DNA of 64,000 nt from Schizosaccharomyces osmophilus. Lineage: Eukaryota. Positions within the stretch are counted from its first letter, which is position 1. Each line of letters opens with the position of its first letter. The stretch lies in contig NC_079239.1 of the NCBI RefSeq assembly GCF_027921745.1, forward strand, positions 558,001 through 622,000. The letters run 5' to 3'. The position numbers were made by a program, and so were the translations under genes. This document shows, piece by piece, positions 14,965 to 27,527 of the stretch. Under the pieces are notes generated by a model. It was given only the letters and a program-made list of their open reading frames with translations. It searched no databases and was not told the origin of the DNA.

Positions 14965-15953
14965 TTTAAGTCGCTATTTATCCATACAAAACAAATGGAT
15001 GCAGATTATAAGACAAAAAAACTTTTATGATTGTGTTAATTCAAGCAAATCAACTCATAAAATGGATGAATCCCAAACAAGATGTTTTAGTTTGCAACCT
15101 TTCTTCGGCGGAACAAATACTTCCCTTAACTTTATTTTTACGAATTCAAAATTATTGTTGCAAACAAATTGCCAAACGTTTAACTGGAAGACTCACCTTT
15201 AGCTTCCTCTCCTTGCGCGTTGTCTCTGTATAAACTCCCAAGACCATGCATTCTCTAGTTAAACCCTCGTTGGGATGCAGTGATGCGTATTATAAAGTAT
15301 AACGTTGTAGATCGTTAACGCTGTTATATACTTAAAAGAAGGATGCGCGTAAACAGTAGAACACGTAAACAAACCAGCGTTTTTTATGTAAACTGAAAAA
15401 ACAAGAAAAACAATCAGAAAGAGGATATTATAATTAATGAAATATAAATTCAATGAAAATTCATTCTGCTTTTGGTCTATATTTATGTGTTTTATTAATT
15501 TATTTCCTTAAATGGTTTCAAATGAGAAATTAACAAGCATTCCCCTAAACAAAACTTGCAAAAATTTTAAAAAAATGAAGCCTATTACTTATATTATCGT
15601 CCTCCTCGTCTGAATGTTTTGAAGTCAAGCATTGCTTCATTGCTCACTGTGGGCTATGCTAAGTAGTAAAAGCGCTTTCCTATTAACCACGAAAACCGTC
15701 TGCTTCTGCGAATACGTCGAAACTCTGTGGCATTGTTAAAAGTTATGAACAACTGGTTTTGCTTCTTTCCTAGATAAGTTATATCTAGCAGTGATTTTCA
15801 CAATTCTGGCACCGAAGTAAATACCGTCATTGTCTAGATGCCAAGGAGACTACAAAGAGCTTATCTTTAATAACTTTCAGTTCTATAGCTAATAATTCTT
15901 TTAATTCACTTCTTTCCCTTACCAGCTTCGTATAATAAGCCAATGTTGCAGTC

Positions 15954-16808
15954 ATGAAGTGCTTTATTTCTCAATTTGCCGCATGTGGGAAACTGAGCTG
16001 GTTTCAAAGAAGTGCTACTACATTTACGCCAAAAAATCTAAAGTCTTTGACTCCTTACGAAATAATGGAACTTCCAAGAACATGTACTCCAGCTGACATC
16101 AAGAGAAAATACATAGAACTGGTTAAGCTGCGTCACCCAGACAAGAGTAAAAGTGGATCCTCCGAGGATGCTGCTCTGAAAGCACTTGATGAAAAGAATC
16201 GGCAAGAATACTTTCGTCTATTGGTGGCTGCAAAGTCTTTGCTAACCGATCATCAACGGCGCCTTGAGTATGATCGCTTCGGATTTCATTGGAATCAATC
16301 TTCTGGCTCACAACCTTCTGCCAAACCATCTGCGAATCCTCGGTACCCTATGTATTCTCGTTACCGTCGTTCTTCTGGAATGGGAAGTTGGGAAGAATAT
16401 TACTACAACTCTTTTGATTATGAACAAAATCATAAAGCAAAGGGTGATTACAGAAAAGAGGATGATGAGGGAATGATAGTTTTTGCGGCTATCCTTTCTT
16501 TTTTAATAATCTTTTCAGTGTACTCAAACTACAGAAATTCAAAATATTACCGAGAAGCTCGTGAAGCTCGTGCTGCTGCAATTGAACAATCAGAAGGCGA
16601 TTTTGGTGCTTACAGTACCGGAATGTCTGACTTGAGCAAGGACGACCGTATATCACGATTTTTAATCATTCGTGATCAAAGCCTAAAGTCTGATTCTTCA
16701 CCCTCTTCTTCGACTTCAAGACTTCCCTTACATACGTCTTCGCCGCCTACTGCTCCATCCTCTTCTTCTGAGTTGTCGTTGCCTGCACCTGCTTCTCCCC
16801 CCTCTTAA
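15954..16808 (+). CDS. DnaJ-domain protein, probably mitochondrial, with one TM segment
   Basis: PYEIMEL...IKRKYIELVKLRHPDK...RRLEYD J-domain; hydrophobic MIVFAAILSFLIIFSVY segment; basic N-terminus. Confidence 0.88.
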   Translation: MKCFISQFAACGKLSWFQRSATTFTPKNLKSLTPYEIMELPRTCTPADIKRKYIELVKLRHPDKSKSGSSEDAALKALDEKNRQEYFRLLVAAKSLLTDHQRRLEYDRFGFHWNQSSGSQPSAKPSANPRYPMYSRYRRSSGMGSWEEYYYNSFDYEQNHKAKGDYRKEDDEGMIVFAAILSFLIIFSVYSNYRNSKYYREAREARAAAIEQSEGDFGAYSTGMSDLSKDDRISRFLIIRDQSLKSDSSPSSSTSRLPLHTSSPPTAPSSSSELSLPAPASPPS

Positions 16809-17099
16809 TGCTTTTTTATTCTTCTGTTTCCTTTATGCATAATTTTTTGATTAATCGCAGCGTTCCTGTAACCACTGTCTCTTATTTTTTTTCCTTTCTC
16901 CCATGTTTATGCTCATGGCAACAATTTTTTTTAGCTACTCTTGAGAATGACTTCGTGTTTTATTTTAGATCTTGACCTAAAAGTCAAGAAAACAAATTGT
17001 ATCAACAGCATATTCTAATCAATGAAAAAACTTATTATCCTATTCTACAAAAAAGGAGAGGAGGGAAAAAATATTAAAATAGTTAAATATGGGATTTCC

Positions 17100-18115
17100 T
17101 TAAAGATGACGGACACTTTGAGATACGGTTTCATAGACATAAAATGTGGCACCATTTACTGGAGCTGCACGTATTAAAACCGGAATAAAACCTCTATAGA
17201 ATCCCATCATACCGGAGGTGGAATAGATTCCTTTAGCACATTGCCAGGCACTTTTATAGATAGCTTTTGATAGGAAGCCGTCAGTCTGTATTTTAGACTT
17301 GACAATGTCGAAAGGATAGGCAAATATCCACATTGAGTATCCACATGCTGCACCAAAAACGCATAATTTCCAACCTGGGATTTTAGAACGGTCCTTCAGT
17401 TGATGCTTTTCCATGCTACTCTTTATCAACGTTTCATAAGTCAGAAAATACACACCCGAACCATGAGCCTCACGAAGGGCAGTGGGATTAAACCCTTTCA
17501 TAATTCCTTTCATTCCATATTGGGAAGATATTTTCTTGATACAATCCAATGGCCCACTGTACAACTTATTGGCGTCCGTCTGAATTTGAAGACGAATACG
17601 AATATGCTCGACAGGGCCTACTAAGAATGAGCTGGCCAACCCAGAAATCGCACCTGCAATGTAATATTGAGGCACAGACATGTGATTCCCATTACGACCA
17701 AAAAACCGTTTGATATACTCATATGTAGCAAATTGGACAGAGACACAAAATCCAATTCCTAAGAGGGGTGTAACACTACCTTTGTAAAGGGCTCCAATAC
17801 CCTCATTTTTGGATATTTTTTTGACACAATCTAAAGCATTGTTGTACAATGGAGAACTGATGCTCTGAGACTGAAGACGAACTTTTACACAATCAAAAGG
17901 CTGACCGACTAAAACCTGTGCTACACCTCCACTTGCGCCAGCAAAGAAGTCTTTTGCCTAAATATTGTCGTTAGTACAAGAAACCCACGTTTTTGTGAAC
18001 TTTAAGAAAAAAATTCTAGATCGTCAACTGAGTAGCAATTCACCTAGCTTCACTTATTTATTTATTTTTTTCAATATTCAGTACTTACCGACTGTGAAAA
18101 TGCTCCTTCTGTCAT
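17100..18115 (-). CDS. ymc1: Mitochondrial carrier (Ymc1-like); exons 18115-18089, 17957-17100
   Basis: Three carrier repeats (PFDCVKVRLQ, PVEHIRIRLQ, PFDIVKSKIQ); canonical intron 17958-18088 (GTAAGT...TACTAAC...TAG). Confidence 0.88.
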
Positions 18116-19516
18116 CGCAGCAATAGCCCAAGATGGTATGGTTGTTGCAAATCGAAAAATAAGTTATTATTCCAATAACTGAGACGTTTACGTTCTTTGA
18201 GAGCAGAAAATTACAATTTAGTGAATGAGAACCTTTCAGAAAATTAATTGTCAATAAGTTTTATTTCAGTATCAAGATAATCGGAAGTTATCTTCCTGTC
18301 AAATTTTTTTGATGATTGTGTTCTTTAATGCTGTACGATTCATCGATTTCACTCAAAACCAGCAAACTTTTTATAATACTTTTTTTCTTTAATGGAAATA
18401 TATGAATCAAACAGACATGGTTGATGAAATGTTTATATGGCGTTCGCTTGATTTTAAAAAACCAGGCGCGTTACTATACTACAATCAATAAGTTCAGAAA
18501 TATGCATATATATCTTTATTCTTTATTTTATCCTCTAATTTAAATCAGTTCGGATTCAAGAACATAACTGCTTGTCCCAAGCTATCAGCACGTAGGATAA
18601 AAAATTGTACCTGACAATAATATGTGACATAGACGAAAAAATCGATGCTGGATATCAAAGTTATTAAATATATTTCATAGGATCAGTTGGCGAAGGTACA
18701 GCTGCGTTTAACATGAACAGAGGAAGGCTTAAGCATTCTACTGTCACCACTATAGTCAATGATAAGAGTATCGTAGGACAGCGTAGTAACGAATATTTTA
18801 TATTCAACAGCTGGCAATATCCTATCTATTTGTTCATCAGATTTTCCTTGCAAATGTCTTACACGAATCCTAAGTCATGCTTCCCCCCCCCCCCAATAAA
18901 CGCATGTATGAAACTTTTTAGGACTATATGAATCATTCAAAGCAATGAAGTATTTGCAAAGCGTATCGCATATGCATTCACATTACTTTATTAATCCCGT
19001 TTGTCCTATTTTCTCTTGTTATGTGGGTTGAAAGAGTATACTCCCTCTTAATAAGTAAATCACAAGGTAGTTAGTGTAGAATGATAATTAGTATGAGAGA
19101 TAATCTTGCTTTTTAATGAGAATCTAGCAAGTTTCCCATGAAGCCTGACACAAACTTGACCAAAAGTTGAGAGCGCAACTTCGAAGCTAGTTTATTAATG
19201 ATATTTTAAAAGAACATCACAATGCGACTCGTCTAATTTTACGATTAAGGAAATGCCCATATGTCTCAAGCAACTCTATCACTTGCTTTAACATGAGATA
19301 TCGGCTCCCGATACCTGACATATTCACAATGCACACATAATTCCATGAGAACGAATGGAAGTAGTTTTATTGAAATTTCGGATCCCTTGTACTGATCATC
19401 AATTGCCTAAAGATCATCAATACAACTAGAAATGAAACAACGAAAATCATATAAATCTTGTCTGATCATATCGGTTTCTAAAGCCTTCACATTCAATCGA
19501 ATAAAGAACGAGCGTA

Positions 19517-21775
19517 TTAATATTCGGAAATGTAATTTCCATACTGTCGTGCAAACAACCCTAGAGCGTGAATAGAAAAATAAAATTTGTAGTTCGGGTA
19601 AGCAATAGCTACAGACTTGTTAAAAATTCCTTCAATTGATTTTTGTTTCCAGCTTCCATCGCCAGCTTGTGATTTCATGATGAATTGGATCCCTCTTTCA
19701 ATTGGTTTTCTGTGTGGGTACTTGGCATGCATTAAAGCTAACAAAGCCCAACTGGTTTGCGTTACCAGACTAGAATCTGTTTCGGTGTAATATCCAGTGA
19801 CACATGCCTAATATTGTTAATACCAGTCATAAAGCATTACTGCCCTGCTTACCATGTAGCTTTCACTCCAGCCTCCATCGGACCTCTGTTTAGATAAAAG
19901 AAACTCACAAGCCTTCCTTTGTATATCACAATTTTCAAAGCATCTACCAACCGTAGCTAAAGAATCGGTTGCAAACATTGCTGCATAAGTAAAACAAATA
20001 GCCCAACTGCCATACCAGCTGCCATCAGGTTGTTGAGAGTTAATTACAAATGATAATGCATCTTGAATTGTTTGCTCAATTTCTTCACGACGGTAAGAAT
20101 CATCATAACGAGTAAACTCTCGCAAAGCAAGGACCACAGAAGTTGTACATTCAGGGTAGGAGTATTCAACCATGATCTTGCCAAAAACCTCAGCAGGATT
20201 CAAATGTTCCAACCATTCACCTGCTCTTACCGGTTCATAAGAAGCAAACCCAAAGTTTTTATTTTGCATAAGCAATAAAACATCAACTGCTTCCTTTAAT
20301 CGAGAAAGGCTTACTGGTTTCTCAAATTCAGGGAGAGACTGTACGGTCAATACAGCGCGCAAAGCCTCTGAAGTTGTGTCTGAAACTGTGTAACCCTGTG
20401 TGATGTTGCTAAAAGGCCATGCACCTTTGCTATTGTGCCTGTACCCTTTTCCTGCATACTCATTTCGTATCTAAAAGGTCAGACAAAAAAGTGTTCGGAA
20501 ATTACATACCTGTTGTCTATCCAAAAATTTTAAAGCATTAATCATATCTTTTCGATATATCTTTGATTCATACAACCTGGAATCAGCTAGCGCACTCAAT
20601 GTAAAGGATGCCTCCCATACTTGAAGTCCGTTAGTCCCCCGCATTAGCATTCCCTCTGGTTGAACCCACATAAATTCATGCAAGCGCCGAATAATTTTTT
20701 GAAATGCTTTGCTACTTGGTCCTTCCTGATAGTAAACGCATAAAGTATTCATCGCCGCATTCACAGGACCCAAACAAGCATAATCTGTATTTTCGTTTTC
20801 AATTTGGATTAATTGGTATGCTTTCTTTGTGCCTAGCTTTCTCATCCATTGTGGGCGAAGAAACGTAAAATACTTATCCATTAGCCAGTTCAAAGAATTC
20901 AAAATCGTCGTATGTGGATGATACAAATCACTTTCACAAACAGTGTTTCTATGCTTGGAAAAATCGATTGACTTATAATCATCCACATATAGTTCTTCAC
21001 GAAGTTCACGAATAAGGGTGTTGATAGGACAAGATAATTGCTCTCCATATAAATAACCCATTGGTAAATAAACTTGTCGAACGTGGCACCACCATTTTCC
21101 TGGGTGAATTGGAACCCAATCCGGTAAAAGCCATAGTTCAGGCGGAATTGGGTTCATACCTTTCCAGTCGTAACAGTTGAGCGTAGCTAACCAAAACTTC
21201 CCCCAATGCGGATTAGCAATAGCACCCCCAAGTTTATGTAAACAAGCCCGAGCTCTGACAGCAATGGGATGATCCCGCTTCATGCCTAGAATACGAAGTA
21301 CGGTATAATTTAAGGATGTACCAAATACTGTAGATGCACCCTCCGTATGAATTCCCCAACCTCCGTCATCGTTTGTATGATTTACTAAGTACTGAGTTAT
21401 TTCTTCTGGCCATCCCCTTGGAAAAGGAGTTTGTGTAATGTAAAACGAAAAGACAATACCCGGAAGTAGAAACATCGGCCCTTCATAAGGGCTAGCCCAG
21501 TGCCCGTCATTCAGTTGCAGACGTCGAAAAAATTCATACCCATGAACAGCACTTTCCAAAGGGGTCTTTGCTGGCTGGAATTTCGGGGCGTCTTCCAAAT
21601 CCAGACCAAGAAAATACTTCTCTGCAAAGCTTAGAGGACGCGCTTTGGCTTCCTCTTCGTTACTGAGATATTCCCAACTTTCACCCGCATCTGGCCCAAT
21701 ATTTAACCGCCAAAGACGCTTGTCCAATTTGGGGATTGTTTTAGACCATTCGGGTCGAGTACGACAGGGTTCCAT
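19517..21775 (-). CDS. erg7: Lanosterol synthase; exons 21775-20510, 20470-19853, 19807-19517
   Basis: QW repeats (QLNDGHW, QQPDGSW, QRSDGGW, QAGDGSW), [15 protein letters not shown]; introns 20471-20509 and 19808-19852 join the three ORF fragments. Confidence 0.96.
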
Positions 21776-22583
21776 AGTTTCCTCCAACAAAGATTTGTGT
21801 ATAGTAGGTAAATAGAATAATACTCGATAAACGAACGGAAGTGTTTCAAGTAGAAAGTAAGAAAAGAAATGCCAATTACGATAATAGCTGTCTCAATGCA
21901 AATTGAAAATATTGATACTTTATTGTTAATATATCTTGTGTTTCCATCAGTTTTATATAAAACAAACCTTTTTCCAGCACAGACTATATGGTTTTTGAGT
22001 GAATTGAATTTGCTACTAATGAAAGACAAATGGAAGGCTCCTCAAATAATAAGACTGGGTTTGAAGTGTTTATGCCAAAGCCTTTACTCGGCTTGCGTCA
22101 GAGGAACCTTCAAGTATTAAAGTACTGTTTTTTGTAATATTGTATTACTCAGTAAATTGTTATACAAACATAAACACAAAAGCAATGAACTTTTTGCTGG
22201 AATATCGGAAGTCAAAATATACAGAGTATTTCGCCGTGACACTTACCTATGCGATTTACAATAACCTGAAAACTATTACTCTATATCATCCAATTTAATC
22301 AATAAAAATTACTTGCTTGCACTTGCTGTTGATCAGTTACAACAATACAGACGAATCCTTTCAACGTTAAACTAAAAAGTTTTTCTAAAACAATATTATA
22401 TTGATTAATTATTCATTAACTAAGAAAACATTCAAGTACTTTGTTGCATTATAAATATATTTTTCAAACACCAAATTAGACTGTTAAACCGTAAAAAAAA
22501 ACATGCAAATTCATTATGCAGAGTCTCCATTTTCTATTAGGAAACGGCTCAAAACCCTTCATTTCTCATGCATCCTCCTGACT

Positions 22584-24503
22584 TTAGTCAACCTCTTCGA
22601 CTTCGGGACCTTGCTCACCGCCAGGGGGGCCACCAGGTGCAGCACCTGGAGCGCCACCGGGGGCACCACCAGCTTGATAAACCTTGGCCATAATGGGGTT
22701 GGCAACACCTTCCAATTCCTTTTGCTTGGACTCGTATTCGTCCTTGGCAGCAGTAGTGTTGCTGTCGAGCCACTCAATGGTCTCCTTGACAGCCTTATCA
22801 ATGGATTCCTTGTCAGAGGCCTCAACCTTGTCCTTCAAGTTGGGGTCATCCATGGAGTTACGCAAAGAGTAGGCATAGGATTCCAAGTGGTTCTTGGCTT
22901 GAATTCGAGAAGTTTCGGCTTCATCTTCAGCCTTGTACTTTTCGGCATCAGCAACCATGCGGTCGATTTCTTCCTTGGAGAGACGACCCTTGTCGTTGGT
23001 GATGGTAATCTTTTGAGTCTTACCAGTACCCTTCTCGAGGGCGGACACGTTCAAGATACCGTTGGCGTCAACATCGAAGGTGACTTCAATTTGAGGAACA
23101 CCACGAGGAGCGGGTGGAATACCAGAGAGCTCAAACTTACCGAGCAAGTTGCAATCCTTGGTACGAGCACGCTCACCTTCGTAGACTTGAATCAAGACAC
23201 CGGGTTGGTTGTCTGAGTAAGTAGAGAAGACTTCGGACTTCTTGGTAGGAATGGTAGTGTTACGCTTGATAAGAGCAGTCATGACACCACCAGCAGTTTC
23301 GATACCCATAGAAAGAGGGGCAACATCCAGCAATAATAAATCTTGGGTCTTTTCGGAAGTGTCACCAGTTAAGATGGCAGCTTGGACGGCGGCACCATAG
23401 GCAACAGCCTCATCAGGGTTGATAGACTTGCAAGGCTCCTTACCGTTGAAGAAGTCAGAAACAAGCTTTTGGATACGGGGGATACGAGTAGAACCACCAA
23501 CCAATACAATTTCGTCAACAGAGGACTTGTCGACCTTTGCATCACGTAGGACCCTCTCGACAGGTTCCATGGTATTGCGGAAGAGGTCAGAGCATAATTC
23601 TTCAAAGCGAGCACGAGTGATGGAAGTGTAAAAGTCAATACCCTCATACATGGAGTCAATCTCAATGCTAGCTTGTGAAGAAGAAGAAAGAGTACGCTTA
23701 GCGCGCTCACAGGCAGTACGGAGACGACGGACAGAACGAGCATTACCACTAATATCCTTCTTGTTCTTACGTTTAAATTCTTGGATGAAGTGGTTGACTA
23801 AGCGAGAGTCAAAATCTTCACCACCCAAGTGAGTATCACCAGCAGTAGACTTGACTTCGAAAATACCTTCTTCAATGGTCAACAGGGAGACATCGAAGGT
23901 ACCACCACCAAGATCGAAAATCAAAACGTTTGTTTCCTTTTGAGTGTTGCGGTCTAAACCGTAAGCAATAGCGGCAGCCGTTGGTTCGTTGATGATACGC
24001 AAAACATTCATACCAGCAATGGTACCAGCGTCTTTAGTAGCTTGACGTTGAGAATCGTTGAAGTAAGCAGGGACAGTTACGACAGCATCTGTGATTTTAC
24101 TTCCCATGAAAGCTTCAGCAACTTCACGCATCTTTAGTAGTACCATAGAAGAGATTTCTTCAGGAGTAAAAGTCTTGGTTTCTCCTTTGAACTCCACTTG
24201 GAGCAATGGCTTGCCGTCCTTGTCGACGACCTTGAAAGGCCAATGTTTCATATCTGATTGAACGTCTGCATCAGCAAAGCGACGACCGATCAATCGCTTA
24301 GCGTCGAAGACGGTGTTGTGGGGATTCATGGCGACTTGATTCTTGGCAGCATCACCAATTAATCGTTCAGTATCTGTGAAGGCAACATAAGAAGGAGTGG
24401 TACGGTTACCTTGGTCATTGGCAATGATTTCGACACGATTGTTGGAGAAGTGTCCAACACAAGAATAGGTAGTACCCAAATCAATTCCGATAGATTTGCT
24501 CAT
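22584..24503 (-). CDS. ssa1: Cytosolic Hsp70 (Ssa family)
   Basis: [30 protein letters not shown] and C-terminal EEVD. The ssa1 (rather than ssa2) call rests on recalled synteny and the promoter HSE. Confidence 0.95.
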   Translation of the reverse strand: MSKSIGIDLGTTYSCVGHFSNNRVEIIANDQGNRTTPSYVAFTDTERLIGDAAKNQVAMNPHNTVFDAKRLIGRRFADADVQSDMKHWPFKVVDKDGKPLLQVEFKGETKTFTPEEISSMVLLKMREVAEAFMGSKITDAVVTVPAYFNDSQRQATKDAGTIAGMNVLRIINEPTAAAIAYGLDRNTQKETNVLIFDLGGGTFDVSLLTIEEGIFEVKSTAGDTHLGGEDFDSRLVNHFIQEFKRKNKKDISGNARSVRRLRTACERAKRTLSSSSQASIEIDSMYEGIDFYTSITRARFEELCSDLFRNTMEPVERVLRDAKVDKSSVDEIVLVGGSTRIPRIQKLVSDFFNGKEPCKSINPDEAVAYGAAVQAAILTGDTSEKTQDLLLLDVAPLSMGIETAGGVMTALIKRNTTIPTKKSEVFSTYSDNQPGVLIQVYEGERARTKDCNLLGKFELSGIPPAPRGVPQIEVTFDVDANGILNVSALEKGTGKTQKITITNDKGRLSKEEIDRMVADAEKYKAEDEAETSRIQAKNHLESYAYSLRNSMDDPNLKDKVEASDKESIDKAVKETIEWLDSNTTAAKDEYESKQKELEGVANPIMAKVYQAGGAPGGAPGAAPGGPPGGEQGPEVEEVD

Positions 24504-24738
24504 ATTCGTAAATAATGGTCGTTAAATATAATGACAATTCGTAAAAAGCGATCGTTAAAACAAAAAAATGCGAGTATAGGATTGATATTATATCAAATTA
24601 ACAATGTGACAAATAAATTCAGACGCAGGAAGCGATGGAATTTGTATAATTCAGGTAATGTTCAAAATTGGCTCGTAGATTTTGTAAAACTCCAATTCTA
24701 GTTTAAGACAATGGTTGCTTGTAAAATGACACACAGTG

Positions 24739-24746
24739 TATTTATA
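24739..24746 (-). promoter_or_regulatory. TATA box of the Hsp70 gene
   Basis: TATAAATA on the minus strand, immediately downstream of the HSE and about 240 nt upstream of the ATG. Confidence 0.75.
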
Positions 24747-24758
24747 GAGTATCTTTCG

Positions 24759-24773
24759 CTTCTGGAAGGTTCA
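24759..24773. promoter_or_regulatory. Heat shock element (Hsf1 site)
   Basis: cTTCtgGAAggTTCa is a perfect three-unit nTTCnnGAAnnTTCn; a further TTCgaGAA lies at 24795-24802. Confidence 0.9.
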
Positions 24774-26169
24774 CAACCCTTGCCCTTTAGAGACTTCGAG
24801 AAGAGACTAGACATTAGCAGGAGTGGGAGGCGAACCAAATTGGGCAGTTCCTTCTACAGCATTAAAATGTAAACAATAGAACAAGAAAGAAAATACAAAT
24901 AGAAAATGAGAGAAAAAACAAAGTTAGACAGAACCCGAAGTATGTTCAGATGAACTGAAACGAAGAATGTATTCTTTCATGTATCGCGAGATGATTCTGT
25001 CTCGTGTTTTGAATTTTTGAACAAGGATCCTTATTGAAAAGACGAAATTTGTGATACATATGACACATTCCTCCTTTCTATTTCAAAATACAACTTGTAT
25101 GCTTCCCAAGCACTTTCCCTTTGTTTCCATAAATTTGGTTTTGTTTACAGCTAGATGACGAAACTTTTCATCATGATGTATGGAAATAAGGAAGGTAAAG
25201 AGAACGAAACAAGCAACAAGTTACCCCCTCTCAAGGCATTTTATGAAGCATTCTTTCACCCATTTTCTTCTGTTTGTTGATATACTGTAAAAGCTTTTGT
25301 TTTTCTACTTTTTCCTTCCCAATAAAATGGAATGACGTTTCTGCTTTTTGAACCCTTTAGCGAATTGTCACGATTTGCAAAATATGCGAATGAAGCCATT
25401 GACAGTATATAGTTTTGTTTGGTTGCAAGACATGAATTAATAAGCATTGAATAGGTTTAAATACAGATGTTCATCCATTTCTCGAGTTTGAATACAAGAA
25501 ACGAAATATGGTGAGACAGTTGTCGTAGTAGAATGTCAATACAGCAACTCGAAAAAGTATGACTCACCTCCTATCCTTTGCGATTTTCTTTACTGAAAGG
25601 ATACGAAATTTGATGCTTTCTAATTTCTTTTGAAATGCGCATGATTGTAACTGAGCAACTGGCATATATCTATTGACCCTTGGTACATTAGGTTCTTTGT
25701 GGATTCTTGCTCCAAATGACTATTCCAACTCTGTAAGACAGCTCACATGAAACTTAAAGGCGCCCTCTTTTCCTTCCGTTCTTTATTCCCATAAGTCCAT
25801 ATGTCTCGAAGAATATTGTTTGCTATTCCCAAGGTACGAAATTCCTTTTGCCCTTTGCTAGTACGTTTGATAAGTGTAAAACCAATAAAAAGCATTCTCC
25901 TCAATCGTATTCATTTTTATATCATGATCCAGTTGTTTCTCTAATACATTTGTTATGTACTAGTACAATGACAAAAGGTTCACTTGTTCAAATCGTTGCT
26001 GCCAACATACCATTTTTTGAAACAAAAGCTTCACCCATTTTCATAGAAAAAAAATACTTTTAGGTGTTATTTTCAGCTGCTATAGGACGAAATGCGCTAG
26101 TATTCCTTTGGTTGTTTTCAGTTATCTTTCATCAATCCTCTTCACTTACAGCGCAAATTCTAATTTCAC

Positions 26170-27095
26170 ATGGTTCCTCCTACATCTGCAAAAACACGAT
26201 TACCATGCAAGCTACTCGTTCATAATCTCCCAGATACACTTCCAGAAGAAATTTTCTTAAAGTCCATAGCGTCGTTTCATCCTTTTATAAACTGGCACCG
26301 GTATCATCAGGGAAAAAGACAAAATCCGTAAGTGAACTCCACAGTCTTTTCCTTAATTCTTGTATAATTAATCGTTTTTCTTTTTTTACTAGACCTCAAC
26401 CTAATATTCCTTCTTTCGCATATCTAAAATTCCGATCGGAATCTCACGTTCATGACTTTTTTCGCTTCTATCAAGGACATGTTTTTGTTGACAAAGATGG
26501 TAAAAACACATTATTTTTAGTTCTTCTTATTAATTTACCAGAACATGTCTATCGTGCTTTGCTACTAGTTGCTCCTTTTCAAAAAGTTCCACCTGTTAAA
26601 TTGAAGCCCGACTCTTTAAATGGAACCATCGAAGATGATCCCGTTTTTAAAACTTTTGTGGATAAGTGGAATGAGAGTTTGATACCTCCTCCACCTCCTT
26701 CGCCTTCTCATTATACGCAAAATACTTCGACTCCGTTGCTTCATTATTTAGCAGAAAAACGTGGGACCACTGGTACATCTCCGAAACCCAGTAAGTCTAA
26801 GAAGGAAAAAAAGCAAAGGTCTAAAAAAAGTAAGCTAGCATCTTCTTCCTCAAAGCAAGCTACTCCCTCAGATCATTCTACGGGCCAGAATCCTTCGCAG
26901 TCTTTGGAGGCAAAAGAGCCTGTGAAGCAAGACTCAGTTCCCTCAAAACCTAAGAGCAAAAAGAAGGCGAAACCAAGAAAATCTACAAAAGTTGCCTCGT
27001 CTACGAGTACAACAGATTCAACACCTAAACCAGATGAAAGTGCTAAAGCAGTACCCAAAAAAATATCACCCAAAAAAAAAGAAGCTTCAAAATAA
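26170..27095 (+). CDS. upf3: Nonsense-mediated decay factor Upf3; exons 26170-26327, 26393-26499, 26542-27095
   Basis: Smg4/Upf3 RRM-like motifs KLLVHNLP, SFAYLKF, YQGHVFVDKD, VAPFQKVP and GTIEDDPVFKTF; Lys/Ser-rich tail. Confidence 0.88.
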
Positions 27096-27527
27096 ACCGG
27101 AAGAGGAATAGATCCTTCCGCAATAAGCTTTTTTTTCTTTTCTATTTTTCAGTTGTTTTATGTTCAACTTGTTTCCGCCGTTGTTATTTATACTATATAT
27201 ATAAAATTTATGAACTGTTCCATCCAGTGCACATTTCACATGTACCATTAAATTAAAACAATACTCTTCAAATTCATGTTTTTTGTGGAATAAATACATT
27301 AAGCAAAGAAGGGCTATATACCCTTTATATGATCTATACAAGTATCTCTAGTAAATTAAGTTACACATAAAGGGAACCAGCCGTTCCTAACGATTGGTGA
27401 CCATTATGAAAATGTATCACAAAAAAAAAAGACAACAAATAGAAAATCTTCTATTTGAAACAGCTATAGCTTTGAAAACACTTTTCAAATTACTGAGAAG
27501 GGTTATTATTAGGCATTCAAACATTAC

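Noticed and set aside
22503..23216. 237-aa ORF antisense to Hsp70
   Set aside because: Long antisense ORFs are a known by-product of biased codon usage in hsp70 genes; no independent gene signals.
25560..25665. Short minus-strand ORF (MPVAQLQ...) ending at a GTGAGT donor-like site between ssa1 and upf3
   Set aside because: No convincing branch/acceptor pair or second exon downstream.
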